Part shown: piece by piece, positions 37,473 to 51,549 of the stretch
Layout: each line of letters begins with the position of its first letter
Position numbering within the stretch: the first letter of the stretch is position 1
DNA from: Amoebidium appalachense
Lineage: Eukaryota; Protista; Ichthyosporea
Direction of reading: 5' to 3'
DNA: 64,000 nucleotides
Assembly: GCA_963693365.1 (NCBI GenBank)
Contig: CAVNZM010000013.1
Span: forward strand, 4,368,722 to 4,432,721
Notes under the pieces: model-generated
What the model was told of the DNA's origin: nothing
The model's database searches: none
Seen by the model: the letters and a program-made list of their open reading frames with translations, nothing else
Made by a program: the position numbers and the translations under genes

Positions 37473-38144
37473 GCACCCAGACACACACACACACACATTG
37501 ATGCTTACGCATTCCTCCTTCAATTCTGCTCCACAGACTAGTAGTCGGGTGTAGGGAAGTCAGGGTAAATCATCCCTGGCTGGGTCATCTGATCAAACCA
37601 ACGGCTATTATTCTGTAGCCTGAGTTGCAGAATTTTTGATGGTCGAAATCACGGGCTAAAATTAGAGCGCTCATCACGTTATTGACTTATTGCTTGATTT
37701 CTCAAATCAAGTTTTGCCGATGGAAGTTCTAATCTCTATAGGTATTCCTTCTGTTTCATAAGCTGGCATACAATTTTGTTTATCGATTGAAGTCTGCGTC
37801 TTAAAATAGTGTGTGGCCACCTTGCTTTTCTTACCATGGGAACCATCATTTCAATTTCTTTGTCCAGGATCGGTTGACTATTGCATAACGGTACAGTAAG
37901 GGAGAGCAAGTGGTGTGAAAACCATGGCACGTGCTGCATGACCTATGTCGCTGACGTCTCTGACACCCCCTCCCAGATCATGGACGTAACCCTCCGCCGG
38001 GTGTCTGACAATCAGCCAATCAAATGTCGAGTAGCCCTCAACATCCACAGGGATGTGTTTGGATTGCCTGTGGTCATATCGGCAGTCCACATCCCGTATC
38101 CAAACGTGTCAATCCCTTCCTTTCCGGACCTTACAATCATGTGA
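35222..38144 (+). CDS. C-terminal exons of an ERT1/RDS2/AcuK-like PAS-fold protein (N-terminus not resolved; may be a pseudogene)
   Basis: Phase-0 GT-AG exons 35222-35290, 35703-35843 and 36759-36839 give [81 protein letters not shown]. The segment ~37946-38144 gives [26 protein letters not shown], resembling the RDVFxIP end of fungal gluconeogenesis Zn-cluster factors. The acceptor of the last segment is not evident. Confidence 0.6.
35452..35525. repeat. ~38-bp tandem duplication
   Basis: agggaagtgccatcgtattaacctatttggtgggtt occurs twice. Confidence 0.9.
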
Positions 38145-39577
38145 TCAGAACGACATAAATATATGCACCATGATATCTTTATTACCATATCTCGTCCACT
38201 CACGAGCACCGTGACACACGCCCCTCACAGACACGCGCGCGCGCTCGCAAGCACGCACATATACATACACACGCGCCCACACGCACGCGCGCGCGCACCC
38301 GCGTGCACATGCACGCACACACACACACACATGCGCGCGCACACACACACCGCGCGCGCGCCCGCACGCCATGGCACTGACACTGACACATCTCATATCT
38401 CATCCATCGGTACTTGGATGATGTTGGTTGGCAAAGACATTTACTTCATCGACTGAATGTTTCGCTGGCCATGGGGGCGACTCCCTGTGCAACGGGTGAA
38501 TATGATCATGAGATTATCTGCTGGTTTCAGAAAATTGCCCTGCCTCAGATTAGCATTAGTTTTGTCTGTCGAATGCGGGTGTAACACAGGGATCGGTATA
38601 CTTTCGGCGAGCCGATAACCTGAAGTATTTTGTTACATATGCTAGGTGACATATGATGACATGACGAAATGAGTTACAGCCGGGCGTATGCGATAACCTG
38701 ATAGTATTTAAATATCGTAGAATTCATTATGATGAGCGAAGATTGGTTCAAAAGTCATCAGATGCATCATGTCAGACTTTATGGTATCATCTTTGACTGT
38801 AACATACCCATGTTGTTGTACAAAGGTGTTTATAGTGGCACTGGCATGGCAGCAGCAACATATCATGGAAAGGACCCTTCTTTGTAAACTGTTAATGCGA
38901 AATGTGTGTACATGTGTACCTACATTTTGGCAAACATTGGTTTAATTTTTTAAATGCATATTGTTGAAATACAATCATAATACTAGGATCGTTAGTTGCC
39001 CCCCCCCCCCCCCCCCCCCCCCCTCCCTGCACGCTAGCAACAAATCAAGCCTTGCGACATGCAAAGGACATGACATGCATGCAGGAACATAGTGTCATGC
39101 ACACGCTGACTTGAAGGTGAGCTGGATTGATCCAAATCATAAGGGCCAACAAATTGCTTGCTCCGAAATTACAGTCAATGGTGACAAACCTGACATTGTA
39201 AGTTGTCTGAACTTAAAGAGGACTTCCGTTGACCAATGATTGTCCTTACAACTAAGTTAAACTCAAATCATGAAAATTTCATGATAAGTTTTGTCGGTGG
39301 GTGGCAGTGTATGTGGGTAGGGCAGGGTGTTCGTGGTGGTGGTGGTGTGTGTGTGTTTGGAGAGGGGGGGGGGGGGGGGGGGGGGGGAGGGGGGGGGGGG
39401 TAATCATCTTGGGTACTCTGAGTCAGCTGGTGTGAGCATGACCTTCACTTTGAGGAGGTTGCAATCTCTGTCCCGTATAGCTGTATGGAGCTGGCCCCAG
39501 GTAAAAAGGTGTGGTAGTGTGGAAACCAACCTGCAAAATAGTACAGTAATACACATACATGCATCCTCTTGTTGTAG

Positions 39578-39781
39578 TTCTGACGTCTCTAACACCCCCT
39601 CCCAGATCTTGGACGTAACCCTCCGCCGGATGTCTGACAATCAACCAATTAAGTCTCGAGTTGCGTTCGTCGTCCACAGGGATGTCTTCGGTTTGCCTGT
39701 TGTCTATACAGCGGTGCACATGCGCATGCCCTATCCGAACGTGTCGATCCCGTCATTCCCGGATCTTGCAATTATGTACGC
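39578..39781 (+). pseudogene. paralogous copy of the PAS-gene terminal exon
   Basis: [42 protein letters not shown] after ttgtag; many differences from 37950-38140 fall at third codon positions in the + frame. Confidence 0.6.
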
Positions 39782-39940
39782 GAAAGTCCAATTTTTTTTC
39801 CTTATTATATCGGCTCTCTGTACTGCAGAAAATTTCCTTCTTTCTTTTTTCATTCGGATTTTTTTTGATGTAATCAACTAGCAACGAAATCTGGCGTTGC
39901 AGGTAGCGCTTTGAATCAATTATAAAGCGAACAGATATTG

Positions 39941-40031
<91 letters not shown>

Positions 40032-40069
40032 GGGGGGGGCGGGAGGGAGGGAGGGGGGACGGGTCTTAC

Positions 40070-40150
40070 AAGCTGCTTAGTTTTGTTTGTCCTTTGCAGT
40101 TCTGTAGTCACGAGGCAAAAGAAACTCATAACCTCGCTGTGGCAAAAAAA
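40070..40150 (-). pseudogene. inverted paralogous fragment of the PAS-gene exon ending KTKQL
   Basis: Minus strand reads ...EVMSFFCLVTTELQRTNKTKQL|gtaaga, comparable to [22 protein letters not shown]|gtaagt at 36759-36839. Confidence 0.55.
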
Positions 40151-40243
40151 CTTTTGTGATGGGACCCGGTATGTTACTTAGATGGAAAGCAAAAAGGAAA
40201 AACAGGCAGGGGCTGGCACACCCTTACGGTCGGATGGGAAGCA

Positions 40244-40286
<43 letters not shown>

Positions 40287-40289
<3 letters not shown>

Positions 40290-40789
40290 TATTTGTCTGA
40301 CGCAATTTCATCCATGCACCATGCGCCATCATGCATGCTCATCATTTGCAATTGAACAACAGAAACGTGACTGTGACACATGATAGTATGGCAATTCAGA
40401 CACACATGCCATGGAAGGCACATGCGCGTGTGCAGATTTGTGCCAGAGAATTTGGGAGCTCTCCAAATCACTGACACACACACACACAACACACACACAT
40501 GCACACAAATGCACACACAGGCAAACCCGCACTGAGACACACATGCACAGTGACACCCACACGTGTACACGCACCCTCTTCAGAATCCCTAACACACACG
40601 TGAAATGCCATGTAATCCTGCACATGCTAAGCGCATTATGTCCACACAGCTTGCACATGCCAGCACGACGTTTACCCGCCTGGTAGTGTCACTGCCAGGC
40701 CACTATAGTGATTAGCACCGGCCCGGGTTCGCATGCCCACCCACCTTAGGCTTTTTTGATTTCGAAACGGGGAGGGGGGTCGTAGTAAA

Positions 40790-40831
<42 letters not shown>

Positions 40832-42242
40832 CCACCACCCCTCCGCTGGCTGGGTAAGGGGAGAGGGGGGGACCCACCACCACTCAGGGGGGTGGGGGGT
40901 GGGGAGGAGGGGGGAGGAGGGGGCTACCCAAATATTACTAATATATACTAGTATGTATATTGGATACCAACTTGAAAACATATTGGCATGGCACATAGTA
41001 TATCCACCAATTGTAATCAATTATCAGGCCCTGGGTCAAATTGGACCTGCTTACTAGCTAGGCATCCCCCTCCCCCCCCTCCCCCTCCCCCCCCCCCCCC
41101 CCCCACCCTCCCCCCTCCCTCCCTCCCCTTTCTACGCCCCTCTTAAGATCTCATACCGAGACCGGAATGACTGGTTACTCATGACCACTGATTTTCTCGA
41201 CAATATACAGTAAAGCACCTTTGCACACGCAGGCACACACACGTGCGTGCACGCTTTCCAATACGCTCATGATCACAGACTGCCGTAGGGCAATATGCAA
41301 TTCTCTGTGGTGGCACATAATGATGCGCGCGCGCACACGTGGCACACATTCCGAATTCCTTTTTTCATCTCTAACTGCTTCCCCTTAATACCCCCCCCTC
41401 CCCCCTTCCCCCACCACCACCAACATCACACCACCACCACCACCACCGCGCCCTCTTCAAGTTTTCGCTCTTTATCTATCCCCCCCCCCCCCCCCCCCCC
41501 CCCCCTGGTTATTTGTCTGGCGCAATTGCATCCATGCATCATGCGCCATCATGCATGCTGATCATTTGCAATTGAACAACAGAAACACACACACGCACAT
41601 ATTATGGCAATTCAGACAGACGCGTGCAGATTTGTGCCAGAGAATTTGGGAGCTATCTCAATCACTAACACGCACACACACAACTTGAGACACACGCACA
41701 CATGTGCACACAAACGCCGCGACACACAGGCAAACATGCACTGAGACACACATGCACAGTGACACCCACACGTGCGCACACACCGGGCCCTCTTCTCTAG
41801 CACACACGTGAAATGCCATGTAATTTTTGCACATGCTAAGCGCATTGCGTCGTGACACAGCTTTGCACGTGTGGCACGACGTTTACTTGCACACTGTCCA
41901 GGCCACCACAGTGATTAGGAGTGCCGAATGCCCGCCCACCTTAAAGACACATACACACACGGTCCCACGTCTACACCGCAAAAAATTGCAGACGCACACT
42001 CCCAGTGACATGTTGTGCATAATAGATTTGCCTTAACTTTGTCAAAATTCGAAGTGCTGGTTAAAACGAAGGGAAGAAGACTTGGTACAAACTTAATGTT
42101 GGTGATCGTGGTTGATGAGAGGGGGGAGGGGAGGGGGCGGGGGGAGGGGGGGGGGGGGGGGGAGGGGGGAGGAGGCGAGCGTCCCAGAACTTGAGAGGGT
42201 ACGCAGCCGCGGCCGGCGCGGAGGGGCCCTTTAGATTCCCCG

Positions 42243-42279
<37 letters not shown>

Positions 42280-42321
42280 GAACCCACCACCCCACCAAAG
42301 AGGTGGGTCCGCCCTCCCCCC

Positions 42322-42371
<50 letters not shown>

Positions 42372-42775
42372 GGGGGGCACCACCCCGGTGGTCAGCTTAG
42401 GGAGGGGGGGGACCCACCACCAGGGGGGACCTCAATACTTACTACTGCCCACCCCCCCATTTCAAATTCAAAAATGCCTTACGGACACATACACACACGG
42501 TCCCACGTCTACATACACCGCACAACATATTGCAGACGCACACTCCCAGTGACATGTTGTGCATGATAGATTTTCCCTAACTTTGTCAATTCGAAGTGCT
42601 GGTTAAAACGAAGCTAGGGAAGAAGATCTAGTACAAACTTAATGTTGGTGATCGTGGTGGATGAGAGGGGGGGAGGGGGGGGGAGGGGGGGGGGGGGGGG
42701 GGGGGGACCCACCACCAGGGGGGACCTCAATACTTACTACTGCCCACCCCCCCATTTCAAATTCAATAATGCCTA
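40287..42775. repeat. patchwork of local direct duplications delimited by poly(G/C) tracts
   Basis: 40287-40745 resembles 41507-41942; 41946-42120 resembles 42485-42667; 42410-42478 resembles 42705-42775; recurrent ggacccaccacc motif. Confidence 0.85.
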
Positions 42776-44208
42776 ATGTGTTTCTCAAGCCAATCAATAC
42801 ATCTAATAAACGGGTTATAACATAGTCATATGTGTTTAGTATAAAATCAAGGATGTTGTAATTTTCAGGCAAGCCATCTTTCTGGGTGTCTGTTGTGAAT
42901 GTGTCGTGTCACAGTGTGTGCTGCGGTATTATGTGGTCTATCAAAATACATTTGGCAATACATGACCGTTTAAACTGGTGTATATACGTATACGTGTGTG
43001 TGTTGTTTGGGCGTGCAAACGATGCCACGTGCACCTTATACTTATTAGATCTCCACTGTATGGCACGTGTACAGTAAAATCGTGGTAAGTCGTCAATAAT
43101 ACCGTCAGCTAGAGAAAGTCCAATTCTACAGGAAGGTAATATGTATTTACGTGTTACACATTTGCGACGGTGCCATTTTTGGCAATATGATTTAGGCAGT
43201 CATTGATCAATGATAAAAAACGAAATTTCTAAAAAAGATCAGGCTTAGTTTTTCAAGGTGTCTGCTTCGGGTCTAGTGTCGTTTGGTATCTTTTTCCATT
43301 TGTTATATTGTGTAATTATTTTGTGATTATTATGTACCTGTCTAATAAGTAAGTGGCAGTCCAAAGTCACACGCACACTTTTGCGGGGTTTATATGATTT
43401 GTGCCCGGGGAAGAAGCTTGAGAGAGAGAGGGAATGAAAGAGGGGAGAGGTGGGGAGGGGCTAGGTCGGATAGAGAAGCGAGGGTGGGAGGGCAAATAAT
43501 TCTTTAAGCGGCTTATGTGCTTATTGAATTTCAGCGCGAGATGGGATACTCTCAGCAGCTATTGGGACCAGACCATATATCGAGCTCGAGCTCGTTACAG
43601 GCCCAGGTTTACAACAGTTTTTAGATATCATTAAATAAAGAGGCAACTTCTACTTCAAGGAAATTTGCCAATATATTTAGATAAGGAGCTGATAAATAGA
43701 TAAACAAAATGTATACTGTAAAAGCGAGTGTATCGTAATACTACTGTATCATAGTATACGGTATTCATCCGAGCCCATATAAATACTCTGTAATTGCCTC
43801 TGTTACGTCACACCGGCCCGTCGGAGACTCGCTCTGGGGAAAATGGCGCGAAGATTTTTGGACCACCAGTGAATATCACGAGACATGATATAAAACCAAT
43901 CAAGTCATTTCTGCCTTTCTACATACTAAAGTGGACAACACACTCGCCATTTCCCTGTAACTAAAGCACTGTATATGAGCCTTTAGTTTATTGTAATATA
44001 TTCGCTAAAATAACTTACAAGTATTTTTGGGTGTGGCTTTCTGGTGTTATAACCGTGTAGAGGACCTCACAATCCTATAGACATCATCAGTGATTTCGTA
44101 AAGCTTTTTTTGGACCCGCTGCTGGCCACTCTTTTTCGCCGGTCCATAAGTCAACCAATCACATCGCGCCTTGCTCTTCAACAACAAGAAACAGCACACT
44201 GTTTCTTT

Positions 44209-45891
44209 CAAGGCCTCCTTATCACCCGGGCCTGGAAACTGAGGAGTGCGAATCGGAACGCAAAAATGGAACCGGCCGGGTTTGAGATGATGCGATCGAA
44301 TGACTGAGTCATATCCAGCGAGAAGAGCTCCGATCGAGACGCGGTCGCTGCAAAGAAGGATGAAGGATGCCACATTGCGTGCACGCATGCGCATGCGGCC
44401 AGAGCGGGTGTGGTTGTGTTTCATCCCAGGGTGGGGTGGGTGGAGGTGGGGTAGTCGGTTTGACCATTTTGTTGGGGCCTTATTCCGTTTTCGCATCGGT
44501 AGCGGCCCCGTGAGATCCATCAACCAACGACTGAGCCTGCCTACCGTAGTAATTATTAGTCATGATTAGCAGAACTGTTTGGCAAGGGGGCGGGGGGTGT
44601 GGAAGGGTGCAGCTGAGCACCAGAGGCTTCGGCTGCCATGCCGGCACACACATACTTCGTATACAAATACACGTGCATATGCTCTCATTTTTCAGTACCT
44701 ATTGAGTAAAGCGCCAGCGAGGGAGAGATTGTGAAACGACACATGCCCACGCCGGACACGCACTATCTTCGAATTCAGGCAGACACAAACGCAGTGAGCT
44801 CGCACGCGCGCACACACAAACTACACTACAACGACAACACCCAAACACGTACGCATAGTAGTTCAAGTAGCACATACACACGCACACACGTCTGCCGCCT
44901 GCACACGTAGCATGCAGACACGCCCGCATACACTGTGAGTCAGACACACAAACACATACCATCGCCGCGCACAGACATACATACCATGTCCGAGCACGAA
45001 TAAGTTTTTTCTGGAATAATATTGAAGTTTGCTCATCACGAATGTGTGAAGAAAAGGTTGGTAAGTGAGGACGGAGAGACAAAAAGATAACGGTTTTGGA
45101 AGAGGGGACCCATGACCGTCCATGAGATGGGGCTCGTGAACAGCGAACCACACGCTTAGCTGGAAAAGGTAAGAACGGGGAGACACACTAACCAAGCACC
45201 CTGACACCCTTCCCCCTGATCATGTGGAGGGGGGGAGGTGAGTCAGATGTTCAGTTTCTTCCCGCTGCCACCCCTCCCCTCCCCCCTTTGCAATGATGGT
45301 TTTATCTTAACGTGTCTAACCCGCCACCCGCTTTACGTGTGTTTGTTGAAAAGAGGTTCAAACCACTTGTACACGAGCACATCGTTCTTGCCCGTCCGGG
45401 CTCTGAGGCGAAGTTGGGCTGGCAGCCGCAAACAGACTTGAGTGAGCTGACATTTCTACCACTCGCGTTCGAGACTCAAAAAACCTACACAAAGAAATGA
45501 GTTTATGGATTACAAATGTGATTGGGGTCTCTGTCATAAAAATAAAAGCATTAACACTCAAGCTTTCACAGGAATGCGCCATCGGCATATACACCAACGA
45601 AACGTTAACACGAAAGTCAACGAAACACAAAAGTAAAACATATAAAACAGCCGAACTTCAGGCGAAGCGACGAATGGGCTAATATTCCCGCCAAACCCGG
45701 CTTGTTACTATTTGTGGAACAGGCCTCTGATTTCTGATGCTATTTTCGGATCCGGAACAGGCCGGGTGCAGACATCATTTCGGGTCAGGCCGGTGTAGGC
45801 CTGACGGGTCAGGCCGGTGTAGGCCTGACCCGGATTTCAGCTTCAGATCGTGACGTTTCCGTTTCCAGGCCCGGGTGATAAGGAGGCCTTG
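44209..45891. mobile_element. putative non-autonomous DNA transposon with 31-bp perfect terminal inverted repeats
   Basis: caaggcctccttatcacccgggcctggaaac (44209-44239) and its exact reverse complement (45861-45891). No transposase ORF and no obvious TSD. Confidence 0.65.
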
Positions 45892-46131
45892 GGTGCATAT
45901 GTCACTAGCTGCATTTGATTGGCTGCGCTGGAAAACGCAGTAGGCCGTTGAGTGTGGCGGGCCCCCGGCAGTTTCCACGCAATAAAAAGTGTGTAAACCC
46001 TTCTTTCCGCTCAGAGCGAAAACTTCCGTTTTCTTTTTTCCTCGACACAGGACTAAGATTTTGTAGTATTCACAAGATACCCTTGCTAGCTTATCACCAC
46101 ATAGAGAGTTGGTAGGGTTAGTTTGGCAAAG

Positions 46132-48591
46132 ATGTCGCGCGCGACCACAAAAGCCGCGGAGCCGGCTGAAAACGGACTAGCAAAAGAAGTCGTGAACAAG
46201 CAAAAGGGGGGAGAAACGAAAACCAAGAAGGAAAAGAAGGAGAAGAACAACGACACATCCTCTCCCGCACAGACAGAGCCCACGACAGAAGAGTCATCCG
46301 ACCCGTTTGTGGAGTCTCTAAACAAGCGTGTACGAAACATCAACAAGAGGTTGGGCCGCATCTCGAAGATTGAGGAGGCACAGAGGCAGGGGAAAACCCT
46401 CGACAAGGACCAGCAGGAGACGCTGGCAAAGAGAGATAGTGTCAACGCCATACTCGAGGAGCTGACCAGCCTCACCAAGAACTTCACCGCACTGGAGATT
46501 GAAGACGCAAAGGTGTGTTAATGCTTCCTCCCCCTCCCTTTCTGGCTCCCTCCCTCTTTCCCTCCTCCTCATCCCCTCCCCCTCCCCCCCCCCCCCCCCC
46601 CTTTCCTCTCTCTCTCTCCCCCCCCTTCCCCCCTCCACACCCTACTCTTGCTTTTTTTGGAGGGGTTGGACCGCTCCCCTCTTTTTCTCCGTCTGCATGC
46701 CTCCCCTCCTCCTTCACTCACTTTTTCTCTCTCTGTCTCTCTCTCCCCCTACCTCCCTTCCTTCCTTCCTTCCCCCCCCCTCCGCGCCCCCCCTCTCTCT
46801 TTCGCTCTCTCGCTCTGCCTCTCTCCCCCCTTCCCTCTCTCCTCTCTCTCTGTTTCTTCCTTCTGTTCTCCCCTCCCCTCCGCCACCCAACTCTTCTTCC
46901 TCCCTCCCCTCCCCCTTTTTCCTTTTCTCCGCCCCCCGTGTTCCCCCCCCCCCCCCCCCCCCCCCCCCCCCGCCCCCGCCCCTCCCCCATGTTTTTCCAC
47001 CCCTTCTCCCTCCTCCCCCCACCTGCAGACTGTTACCAGCACACCTCCCTGTTTCTCCCTCCCACTCATCATTCTCCCCCCCTCCCCCCACGCCCCCTCC
47101 CTCCCTTCCTCTCCCTCTCCCTTCCCCCTTCTCGCCCACTTCTCCCAGAGACCTCGGCCAGATGTGTTTTTCCCGAAATGTGAGGTGGACAAAAGGAAGC
47201 CTTTTTTGATTTTTTTTTTCTTTCCATCACCTACTGAAAGGAAGGAGAGCGGAGGAGTTGAGTGGAAGGGGGCAGCACAGGGTGTGTGTGTGTAGGGGGG
47301 GGGGGGGGAGGGGGAGAAGAAGGAGGAGGGGGAAAGGAAGGGAGAGAGGAGGTTTGCGGCAGACACGCACAAAGCAGGTTATGGTTAATTGGTTTGGGGT
47401 TAACAACGAGGTCGATGGATGGGTGCTGGGTGGGTGGATGGCTATATTAGTGGTCTGGCGTCCGTGCTGGGTGTGTGTGTTTGAGGAGGGGGGGGAAGGG
47501 GGGGGACGGGAGGGAGAATGGGGATGGAGTTTGAAGGGTGTGTGCGACCTGCGTGTGTGTGTTTGGGTGAGGGGGGCGGTGGTGATGAAGATGAAAGAGT
47601 GTGTGTGGGGGGGAGGGGGTGTTAGACATGTGCCTAAACCCCATGAACCTCTCTCATGAACCACGTCATTGTGCTCTTACAATTATATATTACTAACAAC
47701 ATGACCAACAGGAGCAACGGGCAGCCGAGCAAAAGGCAAGACAAGCCGTCGACGCCGCTGTTGCCGTGGCCGTTGAAAAGGAGGTGCGCCGTGTGATCAC
47801 CATCTTCACCCTCGTCCACACGCTTGCAAACGAAAGCGTCTCAGAGGCAATGCGTTCCGGCCCCCTTGGTGACGACCTCTCCCACATCCACCGGCTGTAC
47901 TACCTTCTTTTCCCTTCGCACAACCCCAAAACGAGCATTTCCGACGTGTGTTCCTCCGTGTATGAGCACATGACGCACATGTTGACGTCCGCGGACATTG
48001 TTCCCTCGGAGGAAGGGCATGAGGTGTCGTATGGGCACATGGTCGAGTTGCTGACTACGGCTGAGAATTCGGTTATTCTGAACCCCCCTGCTGAGGCGAA
48101 TCCTGAACCAACCCCTGATGGTATTGAACCCCTCCCTCTCCCCCCTCTCCCCCCCCCCCCACACACACACACCTGCCTCGCTCTCTCTATCCGTCTCCCT
48201 CTCTATCCCCCCCCCCCCCCCCCTCCCTCCCCCTGTTATGGGCTCTGTTCAAGCGTCTTCTGCCTGCACGCTTTTCATTTTTGTGACGTTTTTGCTGTTG
48301 CTCTTTGTTGTCTCCTCCATATTCCCGAACCTCGAACACATACATCCCCCCCCCCCCCCCCCTCCTTTTGCCGTTTTTCAGGTTTCAGTCTCTCTATCCC
48401 CCCCCCCCCCCCTTCCCCTTCTCCTTATGGTACATACTCTGTATGCTCTTCGACTTCCGCAAGACGTTGTCCGTCGTAACACATACTTCGTCCTTGCAAC
48501 ACATTATTAACCCGTCCCCTCGTGCTGCTTTTCTCTACACCCTGTTCTCTCAATATAAGCATCTCTTTCTCTTCCCCCCCCCCCCCCCCCC

Positions 48592-48624
<33 letters not shown>

Positions 48625-50089
48625 CTCCCCCCCCTCCCCCCCCCCCCCCCCCCCCCCCCCCGCCCCTCTCCTCCTCGACCTGCTCCTGAGCCGCCTTACT
48701 TTTTGGCCAGTAGCTTCTTTCTTCTGTTGCCTCATTCCAGTTTTCATGCATGCATGCTCTTGTTGCTGTTACTTTTCTGGCCTCTGATCTTAAATAATCT
48801 CCCCCCCCCCCTCCTCCTCCTCCCCCTTGCCCCCCACCCCGGTCCCTCACCTTCCGGTCTTCCCGTCCCCTGTCCCCTTGTCTACCACCCTTCCTCTACT
48901 CCGAATTCGTTAAACCCCCCTCTCCCCCGGACTGACACATACAGATAAACAACTTGCTCTTCTCTCTCCTTTGGTCTTCCCTTAACCCCCCACCTCCCCC
49001 TCCCCCCCCCCCCCCCCCCCCTCTCCCCCGGCCCTGAATATGTAATCATACTGTTTAACAGACTCCATCCCCCCCCCCCCCCCCCCCCCCCCCCTCCCCC
49101 CCCCCTCCCCCTCCCCTTCCAAACCAAAAAAAAAAAGCCACGAAACTTTACCTTGCAGTGCCTGTTTGCACCCTTCCCCCCTCCCCCCCCCCCCTCCCCC
49201 CCCCCCCCCCCCTCTCCCCCATTCATCCCAGGCCACGCCTCGTCCCCTTTCTTCTTCAATGTTCTTTCACCGTTGTGAATTGGTGTATATCTGAGCCCTC
49301 GTCCTTCTCCCTTGCCAGGTTCCCTGTGCATTGTGTGTGTGCGTGTGTTTGCGTTTGCATTTTTCACTTGTGTCTGCACTCTGCATCATCCTCCCCCCCC
49401 TCCCCCCGAGGTTAGGCTTCCCCCTGTTTGATTTCGGGTTTCTCATTTTTGTGACGTTTTGTTGTTGTCCTCTGGTGTCTCCTCCATATTTCCAACTCTC
49501 TAGCGCATACATCATGCCCCCTCCCTCCCCCCCCCCCCTCCCCCCCCCTCCGGAGACATCTTTACTTCCATGCAACCGGGCATGGCTGCTCTGTGTCGTG
49601 CATCTGTAAGCAGACACGTATTTTTCGCTGCACTGCATTAGTTTGCACACACAACTTCACCGTTTTGCTCACCTTGCTTGCATAAGCAACCCTGCTCGTC
49701 TTTGATCAAGACGGGTTGACCCTCCCAAGTTCAGTTGATGCTGCTGTCTGGGTTAGAGCGTGTATATATGCGGGCTAAGGGGTCGAAACCCAAACGCAAT
49801 GATGACTTGGGCCCTCCCTGAACCTCCCTGAGGATAGGCTCTGCTTATGACGCATACTGTGCGCATGGCTGATATTGCATACTTGAATGTTTGCCTTTGC
49901 ATGTGTCCTGCACCATGCTTCTCATCGTGTATGCGTACTTCGTACCGTGTTCCGCGTTCAACCCCCCCCCCCCCCCCCCCCCCGGGAGGTCGGGCTGTAC
50001 TTATGGTGTATATCCTCTGTGTGCTTTGCAATCTGCTTTGTATTGTCCGTGGCAAATGGTTAACTCGTACTCTGAAGACACATTACTAT

Positions 50090-50120
<31 letters not shown>

Positions 50121-50216
50121 TCCCTGTCATTCGCACACTGCCCGTCTTGTCGTATGTCTATGCCAAGTGGCTCTTTTCTTCTTCTGAAACACACCGCCAC
50201 TTCCACCCTCTCTTCT

Positions 50217-50249
<33 letters not shown>

Positions 50250-51321
50250 ACCACCACCACCACCACCACCACCACCACCACCTCCCCATTATGCACACTC
50301 TGTGTGTGGTTTGGACTTTGCATTGTGTTGTCCCTTAAGAATGTGTACGTCGCACTCAATAACACATTCTAACCCACCTCCTCCTCCTTCTCCCCCCCCC
50401 CCCCCCCCCCCTCCCTCCCCCTCTCCTACACACACACACACATGCACATACACCCACACACACACACACATGCACATACACCCACACACACACACACATG
50501 CACATACACCCACACACACACACACATGCACATACACCCACACACACACACACATGCACATACACCCACACACACACACACATGCACATACACCCACACA
50601 CACACACACATCCACATACACCCACACACACACACACATGCACATACACCCACACACACACACACATGCACATACACCCACACACACACACACATGCACA
50701 TACACCCACACACACACACACATGCACATACACCCACACACACACACACATGCACATACACCCACACACACACACACATGCACATACACCCACACACACA
50801 CACACATGCACATACACCCACACACACACACACATGCACATACACCCACACACACACACACATGCACATACACACACACACACACACACACATGCACATA
50901 CACCCACACACACACACACATGCACATACACACACACACACACACACATGCACATACACACACACACACACACACATGCACATACACACACACACACACA
51001 CACATGCACATATACACACACACACACACACATGCACATACACACACACACACACACACATGCACATACACCCACACACACACACACATGCACATACACA
51101 CACACACACACACACATGCACATACACATACACACACACACACACACATGCACATGCACATACACCCACACACACACACACATGCACATACACACACACA
51201 CACACACACATGCACATACACACACACACACACACACATGCACATACACACACACACACACACATGCACATACACCCACACACACACACACATGCACATA
51301 CACCCACACACACACACACAT

Positions 51322-51354
<33 letters not shown>

Positions 51355-51467
51355 TGCACATACACACACACACACACACACATGCACATACACACACACA
51401 CACACACACATGCACATACACCCACACACACACACACATGCACATACACCCACACACACACACACAT

Positions 51468-51549
<82 letters not shown>

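Noticed and set aside
37878-38090. Minus-strand [22 protein letters not shown] and its paralogue at 39423-39719
   Set aside because: Differences between the two copies are largely synonymous in the plus-strand frame, and the plus frame carries the RDVFGLP motif, so the minus ORFs are shadows.
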